This document shows, in pieces, positions 57,107 through 64,000 of a stretch of 64,000 bases of DNA. A program made the position numbers and the translations under genes. The notes beneath the pieces are model-generated. The model was not told the origin of the DNA. It saw nothing but the letters and a program-made list of their open reading frames with translations, and searched no databases. The DNA is taken from the IMG/VR virus record IMGVR_UViG_3300044712_000991, positions 32,001 to 96,000 of that record. The stretch is one strand, 5' to 3'. Source of the stretch: a virus. Position 1 is the stretch's first letter. Each line of letters opens with the position of its first letter.

Positions 57107-57826
57107 TTAGACTATGATATCCAAATCTTGGGATGACTGTTCGTTACCTTCATCATCGGACTTCTTTAGTTCACGAAACACCTTCTTGTCGGACTCCGAT
57201 ACTCCAAACGTACCAGAGATCATGCGCGTTCGTGCCTCTTCGTAGTTGACGTTCTTACGCTTTCCGCCCTCGCTCTTTTGTTGTGCACGGTAGAGTTCGA
57301 TGTCCAACCACGGTTTAAGACTCTCCACGATATCGATGGTGAACTTGCGCTCACCATTCTTGTGGGTCATACTCGCGAAGGCTATCCACAGGCGCTGTTC
57401 CATAGACAGCGGTGGTGGCATAATGGTCGAAATACCTATGGATGTCGCTATCTCCCACTGGAACTTTGAGTACGTGGTGCTCACATACTCCCCTATCTCC
57501 TTTTGAAAGTAGGTATACCATGCGCCGTACTTCTCAACAACTGCCACGGATATCATGTCCACCACAACAACGCCCGAGGACAAAATGAACTCCCTAAGTT
57601 CATCCTTGCTGATACTAGACTCCTTGACCTTCACGACACAGTTCACAAGCTTGTCCACGGCATCCATGGTGTCCGCTACGGGAGCGAGGCTTATGGTGAA
57701 CCCCATGGACTGCAACGGACTCACGCACGATCCATAGAAGGGGTAAACCACCACCTGAGGGTAGACCCCGAAGAACAAGAACTGCTCAATGTCCCTATGG
57801 GTGAACTTCGGGTTCTGTGGTGTCAC
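57107..57826 (-). CDS. Tail assembly chaperone-like protein
   Basis: Second ORF between tube and tape measure genes; GTG start after GGAGA. Confidence 0.55.
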   Translation of the reverse strand: MTPQNPKFTHRDIEQFLFFGVYPQVVVYPFYGSCVSPLQSMGFTISLAPVADTMDAVDKLVNCVVKVKESSISKDELREFILSSGVVVVDMISVAVVEKYGAWYTYFQKEIGEYVSTTYSKFQWEIATSIGISTIMPPPLSMEQRLWIAFASMTHKNGERKFTIDIVESLKPWLDIELYRAQQKSEGGKRKNVNYEEARTRMISGTFGVSESDKKVFRELKKSDDEGNEQSSQDLDIIV

Positions 57827-58526
57827 CGCTGTCTCCGAGTTCTATGAGATACGTCTTATAGTCCTCAAGCGATGTGAAGTCAGCCTGAGTCAGGATGCGT
57901 GGGGTTGCCACTTCTGGTGCCGCACCCGCATCTTCTTTCTTGGGTGTGTCATCTACCCTTGGGGTTTCAAAATCAAACCCATCTTCATCCACGACAGTTT
58001 GATCACACGCCGCACACACGTATTCGGCGGTGTTGAAGCGTATCTTTCTATCCTTGTCTCCCAACGCCGTGGTCTGCTTCTTACACACCGCGCACTGGTG
58101 GAGACCCATGACCTTCCGTACCTGCTTGTTCTGAAGTTCTGTGTACAGGGTATACAGGTAGTCCAGAAAGTATTGTTCGAAGTCCTGGATGAACACCCGT
58201 TTGTACTCCACCTCACTTAGGAGGGTCTTGTGCGCCTGATTGTACGCATCGAGGTCTTCCTTGTTGGCCACGGTCTGACCATCTATCGCCCACAACGCCC
58301 TCGCCATGACTTCCTTCTTGAGAGCCTGTTCCTGAGCGGTTGCGGACACGGTGGACACCGCTTCTAGAGCGGACTCTATTTCCTTGACGTTCAGAAGGCG
58401 GAGACTCACCGTACGCCCGCGCCAGGATTCTATACCGTACCACGGTCGAAAAGGCTTTAGGACGGTGATGCCAGATGAACTGAGTGCAGTGAGTTCTGTG
58501 AGGACTTTGAGGATGGAGGTAGACAT
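57795..58526 (-). CDS. Tail assembly chaperone-like protein with C-terminal zinc finger
   Basis: VSLRLLNVKE, ARALWAIDG, CAVC...CAAC; start after AAGG, downstream of the terminator. Confidence 0.6.
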   Translation of the reverse strand: MSTSILKVLTELTALSSSGITVLKPFRPWYGIESWRGRTVSLRLLNVKEIESALEAVSTVSATAQEQALKKEVMARALWAIDGQTVANKEDLDAYNQAHKTLLSEVEYKRVFIQDFEQYFLDYLYTLYTELQNKQVRKVMGLHQCAVCKKQTTALGDKDRKIRFNTAEYVCAACDQTVVDEDGFDFETPRVDDTPKKEDAGAAPEVATPRILTQADFTSLEDYKTYLIELGDSGDTTEPEVHP

Positions 58527-58552
58527 ACGACGTACCTTATACTGTGAGGAAG

Positions 58553-58594
58553 AAAAACACCCGGCGACGTCTTGAGTCGCCATCGCCGGGTGTT
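58553..58594 (-). terminator. Intrinsic terminator after the tail tube gene
   Basis: 12 bp perfect inverted repeat AACACCCGGCGA/TCGCCGGGTGTT running into a T tract on the minus strand. Confidence 0.8.
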
Positions 58595-58643
58595 GTAGTG
58601 GTCATTGCCACGGGTGTAATGAGGGGGAAGTGTTTGAGGTGCA

Positions 58644-59102
58644 CTAGGACATGAAGATGCGCTCTACTTCGAGTGCCACGTTCTCCTTGGTGGTTATCTG
58701 ACCTTCCTGGATGGTCTTTGTCCACGAGGTGATCCAGCACCTGTCGTACGTGATGATACGGGACTCCCCATTGGGTCCCGTGAGTTGCTCGACGATGGTG
58801 ATGGGGTCGCGAATCTGCGCCATGGACTCCCCGAAAATGTTGAACCCGAGTGCCTGAGTGACGCTCTTGTTGTAGGTCTCGATGCGGTCGATGGTGATCT
58901 TGAACTCCGACCTCCCTGGCACAATCTCAAATGTGTCTTCCAGGGTGTTGAGAATCTCACGTACGCGCTCGACAGCACGACTCCCGCTCGGATTGAACCC
59001 CTGAAGGGTACCGATCTCCACGCCGTTCGCCTTGATCGTGTACGCATAACTCACGACGGACTGTGTGTTCGGGATGACTGTGGCTGGATGAATGTTAAGC
59101 AT
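58644..59102 (-). CDS. Tail tube protein
   Basis: Follows the sheath gene; IKANGVEIGTLQGF...EIVPG...IDRIE...YDRCWITSW...ENV T4 gp19-like pattern. Confidence 0.85.
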   Translation of the reverse strand: MLNIHPATVIPNTQSVVSYAYTIKANGVEIGTLQGFNPSGSRAVERVREILNTLEDTFEIVPGRSEFKITIDRIETYNKSVTQALGFNIFGESMAQIRDPITIVEQLTGPNGESRIITYDRCWITSWTKTIQEGQITTKENVALEVERIFMS

Positions 59103-59125
59103 GGGCTGTCTCCTATGATTCGATG

Positions 59126-60616
59126 TTAGACGTACGTGCTGACCGTGACGGTGATGTACTTCAACGGATACAGGTACTTGATGGAGCACGTGGCGTTGAT
59201 ACGCCGTGGCTCCTGCGGGTCCTGTACCGCCGTGATCTTGGTCTCACCTGTCGTGGGGTCATCCTTGGTGCCGTACCCGAAAATCTCACCCTCCGTGCGC
59301 ATAGCGTTCAGAATTGACCGGATGGTCGCCTCCACATCCCGTGGAGTGCTCGGGTTGATGGTCTTGCCCTTGTTCGTGTACGTCTCGAACAGCTTGGTCT
59401 CCAACGTACGTTGCACATTGCGCTTCTGACCAATGACACTCTGTTCTTGCGTATCAGCCGATGTGGAGTCGGTGGTGATGGCATCACGGATGGTATTCAC
59501 CCCCGCGACATTCTGCACGACACACACACCACCTGCTCCGAGGGAATCCATCTGGAACATGTCCCACTTCTCTTCCTCGATGGTGAAGCCCACAAGCGTA
59601 GCGCCTGTGATTGGTGTTGACCTCAGGTCTTCCGCCGAGCGACGACCACCGATGGCGCACGCAAGGTACGATGCATCGAGTTCGATGCGGTTGTTGTTCG
59701 AGTCAAAACGCCACACGTACGATGGGGCAGGGACGATAACATCTTCATGCCCGTACGCCGAGGCCTTGCCAAGGTACGATGCGGGAGTCGATGAGTCACC
59801 GATGGTGTCGAACCCTGTAGGGTTGTAGTACGGAGATGCACATCCGTAGAACATCCCGCGCCAGCGACCCTTCATACCCATGAGTTGGGTGTGCTGGAAC
59901 AGGTAGGTCTGCACATCATCCCTGAGAGTACTCGGTGTGAGCGACCCACTCGGGAAGATACACACGATCTCCTCGATGTTGCTCTTCTTGCGGAGTTTGT
60001 CGATGGCATCCCGATAGGCGGCAGCCGTGGGGTTCGTGGATGAGCCCGATACTTGGACACAGATGACTGCGGGGGCACCGTTCTCAAGTGCCAGACTACC
60101 GGCCACTGAGAGGCTTCCCGAGGTGTTGTTCTCTGGACCGAAGAAACTCACGAGGTCGTTTTTGTCGGAGAACGTTGTTGGCAGGAACTGTGTCGAGGGC
60201 ACGCTGTACGAGTAACTCACGTAGTACACACTGCCCGATGCAGGTACACTGCCTGTCGCGACCATCACCGGGTCTTGCGACCAATTGAGGCGACCATCAC
60301 CGACACTTCCGTACATCGATCCGCTGTACAGACTTCCGTACAGACCGGGAATGGCATCGATGTCGTTGCTCGATGATCCTGCGGTATACACGAGACCCGT
60401 GCGTTTGGCGATCTTGGAGATGACCACATTGGTCGTGGGGTATCCTGCGAGATAGTCCGTACCCCCGAGACCGCGTGTGACACTCTCGTCTACAACTGTG
60501 CGAAATGTCGGGCCTGTGCCAACGATGGCAAGAAGGCGTGCGTCCCCTGCGATGTTGATTACACGCGGATTGGGGACAACATTGACATCCACTTTCGGCG
60601 GCGAATATTGACTCAT
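59126..60616 (-). CDS. Contractile tail sheath protein
   Basis: YSPPKVDV N-terminus, FFGPE, LGAGGVCV, IRDAITT, C-terminal PRRINATCSIKYLYPLKYITV. Confidence 0.9.
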   Translation of the reverse strand: MSQYSPPKVDVNVVPNPRVINIAGDARLLAIVGTGPTFRTVVDESVTRGLGGTDYLAGYPTTNVVISKIAKRTGLVYTAGSSSNDIDAIPGLYGSLYSGSMYGSVGDGRLNWSQDPVMVATGSVPASGSVYYVSYSYSVPSTQFLPTTFSDKNDLVSFFGPENNTSGSLSVAGSLALENGAPAVICVQVSGSSTNPTAAAYRDAIDKLRKKSNIEEIVCIFPSGSLTPSTLRDDVQTYLFQHTQLMGMKGRWRGMFYGCASPYYNPTGFDTIGDSSTPASYLGKASAYGHEDVIVPAPSYVWRFDSNNNRIELDASYLACAIGGRRSAEDLRSTPITGATLVGFTIEEEKWDMFQMDSLGAGGVCVVQNVAGVNTIRDAITTDSTSADTQEQSVIGQKRNVQRTLETKLFETYTNKGKTINPSTPRDVEATIRSILNAMRTEGEIFGYGTKDDPTTGETKITAVQDPQEPRRINATCSIKYLYPLKYITVTVSTYV

Positions 60617-60717
60617 ACGAGGTCTCCTTACGGCTGTATTCGATGAATAGGGGCAACGGCTTACCATCCTATACTTAACCAAATACAGACCAAATTTATA
60701 GGGGGAGCACGTTTTTT

Positions 60718-61794
60718 CTACTGATAACTTGTGATGTCCCCACTCACATCGATGTCAAGGATGTGCTGTTCATCGTAATCCACAAACCACTCCGATCTGA
60801 GCTCGACGGTAACGCCCGTGGTGAACACAATGTCGTTGTCGCCACGTTTTCTGTCGGTCATTCCCAGTTTGTTGACCGATTTTACTGAAAAACCTCGGTC
60901 TGTGAGGTACTTCGCACCATCCACATACAACCTAGCGAGGTCTGTGCGCGTGATGTTCGTACTTGCTCGGTTGATGTCCCCATGTTGGGCGAGCCTAGTG
61001 TAGATTTCAGCCAAATCTGCCAAATCTTGAGCTTTTTTCATGCTATTTTTGGCAGAACACTTGATGTTCAGCAGGACTTCATGTGCGCCTCCCATGCGCA
61101 TCACGGGAGAGTACCGCACACCCCCCGCCAAACTGCCTGAGACGAGGTCTCCGAGGGGTGCTGGGGTGATATAACCGTATGTAGAGGTCGTGTCCACGGC
61201 TATTTTGTACACAGACCCCGACTGTGGCGTGAACACCACCCAGTACTCGGTGCCTCTGTTGAGATACACGTGGGGGTAGACCCCCGCAAAGAAGGTTTTG
61301 AGCACCTCGGTGTCGGTATTTTGGATACTTCCAGAGGAGAGTAAGACACTTCCTGTGGAAGTGTATCCTGAGTAGACTTCGATACCAATGTCATCGACAT
61401 TGTACCCCCGTTTCCAGATGAGATCGACCTCGAAACCACTGACAGACCCCGTGACTGTCGAAGGCAAACGAAACGCCACGGGCGCATCCGTGGAGAACTC
61501 CACGAGACCGAGTGAGCGCTCCCCCATGGGATACACCACATCGTACAAATTTTCGATCTGATTGTTGAGGCTCATAGGAACATTCTGCCCCGCGCCTGTA
61601 CTTACGGTCACCACGGGGTAGTGCTCGGCTTCTTCGAAGAATGCTTCGTATACGGTGTCCGTGACAGACCCACTGAGAGACACAATTTCGAGGTCTGTGT
61701 TAGCCCACGGGCCACCGTAACGGTACACCCTTCGCAGGAACTCCACGAATGTGTCCCTCGCCGTTTGTTCGAATCTGTAATAGAGTTTGCTCAT
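60718..61794 (-). CDS. Tail completion / terminator-like protein
   Basis: Immediately upstream of the sheath gene; HYPVVTV and VELRSEWF flank a beta-rich insert. Confidence 0.55.
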   Translation of the reverse strand: MSKLYYRFEQTARDTFVEFLRRVYRYGGPWANTDLEIVSLSGSVTDTVYEAFFEEAEHYPVVTVSTGAGQNVPMSLNNQIENLYDVVYPMGERSLGLVEFSTDAPVAFRLPSTVTGSVSGFEVDLIWKRGYNVDDIGIEVYSGYTSTGSVLLSSGSIQNTDTEVLKTFFAGVYPHVYLNRGTEYWVVFTPQSGSVYKIAVDTTSTYGYITPAPLGDLVSGSLAGGVRYSPVMRMGGAHEVLLNIKCSAKNSMKKAQDLADLAEIYTRLAQHGDINRASTNITRTDLARLYVDGAKYLTDRGFSVKSVNKLGMTDRKRGDNDIVFTTGVTVELRSEWFVDYDEQHILDIDVSGDITSYQ

Positions 61795-61796
61795 GG

Positions 61797-62693
61797 CTAT
61801 GCCGAGGTGACGTAAGGAATATTGTATCGAGGATCAGAGGCCTCGATGAGGTTTAGTTTGAAACGCTGACTCACTAGTTCCCTCTGGATGATGGAGTTCG
61901 TGGAATTCACGATTTCATAGCGATGTTCCTGACCATCCGGGCTATCATCAGCCGCTAGCACGAGAATGTCGAAGTCATCCACATAGGGATACCATATCAT
62001 CCACGAGTCCCTGTTCTCGATGACCGTGCGACCTTCATCCATGATCACGATGTCGTTGAGATTTATGGGGAACCTCACGAGCACCTGGTTCGGTCGCTGA
62101 AAGTCATCCCAATGGGAGGACTTGTACTGACTCCACCCAAACACAGACTGTGCTACGCTGTCACCCCGCTTGTTCGCCAAGTCTTCCACGCCATCCTCCC
62201 AAGTAAGGTAGTGGTAGGTGACGTTTGATGTGTCGGTAAACCCTCGATTGAACACCACTTCCACCCGCGTGGGAGAGACATCTCTGCGCTCGACCACTGC
62301 GAACTCGGTGTTCGCTATGATGTCCTCGGGGGTTAACACGCGTGTCATGGGTGTACCCGAGTAATACACATGGATATTGCCCCGACCATTGTTGACATAC
62401 TGCCGCATGTCGGGATGATTGCTACCACCCTCCCAGAGCGTAAGACGATACTGTGCATCCGATACCACCCACGCTGCGGACAGGGGAGTGATGCGAGCGC
62501 CAGGATATCCAACGGGCATCCCCCCTGTCACCTGCTGTATGAGATAGCATGGTGTGGGGGATATCCGCGACTGGATGATGTGCGACTGCTTGATGTACTG
62601 AATGTGCACAGGATCAAGACCTAGACCGTAGTCGTAGCCGAAGCCCGTTGTGCGCGGAGGTAGTTCACCAAGTCGATATGGTGTGTTGTGCAT
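61797..62693 (-). CDS. Neck / head-closure-like protein
   Basis: Positional; WMIWYPYVDDFDILV...RYEIV resembles head-tail adaptor barrels. Confidence 0.5.
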   Translation of the reverse strand: MHNTPYRLGELPPRTTGFGYDYGLGLDPVHIQYIKQSHIIQSRISPTPCYLIQQVTGGMPVGYPGARITPLSAAWVVSDAQYRLTLWEGGSNHPDMRQYVNNGRGNIHVYYSGTPMTRVLTPEDIIANTEFAVVERRDVSPTRVEVVFNRGFTDTSNVTYHYLTWEDGVEDLANKRGDSVAQSVFGWSQYKSSHWDDFQRPNQVLVRFPINLNDIVIMDEGRTVIENRDSWMIWYPYVDDFDILVLAADDSPDGQEHRYEIVNSTNSIIQRELVSQRFKLNLIEASDPRYNIPYVTSA

Positions 62694-62920
62694 TACTGTG
62701 CCCCATTGTTTTTACTTCGAGGAGAGTTCGTAGGGAGTTTCATATGCGAGAAGAGCACGCTCGCGGCGTTCTGGAGTTGTGCTTCCGTCACACTCTGCCC
62801 ATCCTTAGGTGTCTCCCATTCGTGTATATCCTGCCGAAACACAGGCTCATCACTGGTGCTTATCTCTTCGATTATCTCCACGTACACTATTTTGCGTGTC
62901 TCACCCATGGTGATCCTCAC
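62693..62920 (-). CDS. Hypothetical protein
   Basis: 75 aa ORF coupled to the downstream gene. Confidence 0.55.
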   Translation of the reverse strand: MRITMGETRKIVYVEIIEEISTSDEPVFRQDIHEWETPKDGQSVTEAQLQNAASVLFSHMKLPTNSPRSKNNGAQ

Positions 62921-62938
62921 TGTGCGCTGTATGTTGGG

Positions 62939-63313
62939 TTACGTCGGTGACGACCCACCGTTTGGGGACGACTCTCTGGCCCGTGTCTCCATCACAGACT
63001 GCGCCGCCCGTATACCGAGACCCACAAGGAAAAACGTGAGCCAGTTCGCGGGCATGTCGGGTATGATGGTGGCCTTAGTTGCGACCACCACACGCATAAA
63101 GGACACAAAGAACGCCCATGCACCAATGAGCATCACGAGGTTCTTGTGTGATGGTTTGTTCGGCTGCCCAGCAGTTTCCTCGAAGAAACCCTTGAACCAG
63201 TCGAATTGGGCTGACAGCCACGTGCGTGATCCATTGCCACGGACAATAATACCCACGATGGTCAGGAACAACGTAGCCAATATGAATGCGAATAACCAAG
63301 CTGTGATAGTCAT
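62939..63313 (-). CDS. Holin-like membrane protein
   Basis: Three hydrophobic segments in 124 aa within the late region. Confidence 0.5.
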   Translation of the reverse strand: MTITAWLFAFILATLFLTIVGIIVRGNGSRTWLSAQFDWFKGFFEETAGQPNKPSHKNLVMLIGAWAFFVSFMRVVVATKATIIPDMPANWLTFFLVGLGIRAAQSVMETRARESSPNGGSSPT

Positions 63314-63326
63314 GACGTACTCACGG

Positions 63327-64000
63327 TTAACATATGAAGACCCTGCGTTTTGTACGCACGGGTGATGCTGGTATGAATGCCGCTCCACACACAGACCACT
63401 GCTGAGTTCCACTCATATTCCAATTCAACTGATTGGTGCCAGCGGTGGCACTCTCGATATACACGCCACAACCTATTTCGTTGTCAACATCGTTGTACTG
63501 TAACCACAACTGGGTGTCCACGGCTGACAAATCAGACCCGTTACGAAGACACACCCCCGCTACAAAATCTCCCGCCAAGCAGTTTGGGACATCGATGTAG
63601 GGCACGACGCTCGACACATCATCCGTGGAGAAAGATGATTCAGTACCTGTTCGCACGGGTGTAGTTTGATTGACGTTGGCGAACGTAGATGCCCCAGCAG
63701 TGGCTCCAATAACGAAGTCCGAGAAGGTTACTTCAACATTCGCCGTTATCTCAGGCGGAGCTAACAGATACCACATCGCTGTCTTCCACGAGGTGGTGGT
63801 TATAGATTCTACAATCTTGGTAAGACCCACACCATTGAAGGTCACATTGGTGATTGTAGGATTACCAAACATAGCCACCTCTACAAGCAACACCTTCGAC
63901 TGTCCAGCCGCCACAGTATGGCTGAATATCAGAGATGTTGCATAGGCGGTCGTGTATCCTGTAGATGACGATCCGACAACAGATATGGGAGTAGATTGGT
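63327..64000 (-). CDS. Beta-rich virion protein, 5' end beyond the window
   Basis: Frame is open from the window edge (QSTPISVVGSSSTGY...SHTVAAGQSKVLLV...). Confidence 0.65.
   Translation of the reverse strand, partial: QSTPISVVGSSSTGYTTAYATSLIFSHTVAAGQSKVLLVEVAMFGNPTITNVTFNGVGLTKIVESITTTSWKTAMWYLLAPPEITANVEVTFSDFVIGATAGASTFANVNQTTPVRTGTESSFSTDDVSSVVPYIDVPNCLAGDFVAGVCLRNGSDLSAVDTQLWLQYNDVDNEIGCGVYIESATAGTNQLNWNMSGTQQWSVCGAAFIPASPVRTKRRVFIC

Noticed and set aside
57107-58526. Programmed G/GT-type frameshift between the tail chaperones
   Set aside because: I found no XXXYYYZ slippery site at the overlap, and the second ORF has its own GGAGA-GTG start
38196-61794. Extracellular contractile injection system or tailocin instead of a phage
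   Set aside because: It is contiguous and co-oriented with a full phage replication module and neck-like genes
1-64000. Stop-codon reassignment, inteins, introns, tRNA genes
   Set aside because: Genes are full length in the standard code with TAG, TGA and TAA all used as stops; I saw no intein motifs or homing endonucleases in Pol, DnaB, RecA or NrdJ, and no tRNA cloverleaf by eye (tRNAscan not run)

Overview
A 64 kb segment of a large tailed dsDNA phage with a contractile tail (myovirus). Almost everything is encoded on the minus strand with tight translational coupling; the one convincing plus-strand gene is an RNA ligase at 36648-37724. In window order: (1) 1-16.3 kb, a lytic-type replication, recombination and repair module (RecA, DnaG Toprim core with its CHC2 zinc finger on a separate gene, family A polymerase, DnaB-like and UvsW-like helicases, class II ribonucleotide reductase, RNA ligase, phosphatases, a C39 peptidase, a sigma70-family factor). 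(2) 16.3-33.2 kb, an unusually rich glycan-tailoring island: two radical SAM enzymes, a ThDP-dependent acetolactate-synthase-like enzyme, PanB, two methyltransferases and seven glycosyltransferase genes (eight GT domains), interleaved with nucleotide-pool enzymes. (3) 33.5-38.2 kb, a lambda O-like initiator plus DnaC-like loader, with a 10-copy iteron array inside the initiator gene and a single inverted copy just downstream of the divergent promoter, flanked by two HExxH zincins. (4) 38.2-64 kb, tail fibre, baseplate, tape measure, tube, sheath and neck genes. Several of these virion proteins are enriched in an [S/T]-G-S tripeptide, a candidate acceptor motif for the phage glycosylation island. 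All calls come from motif recognition by eye; no database searches were run. Start codons were adjusted from the ORF track where ribosome-binding sites or stop-start overlaps indicated a better start.
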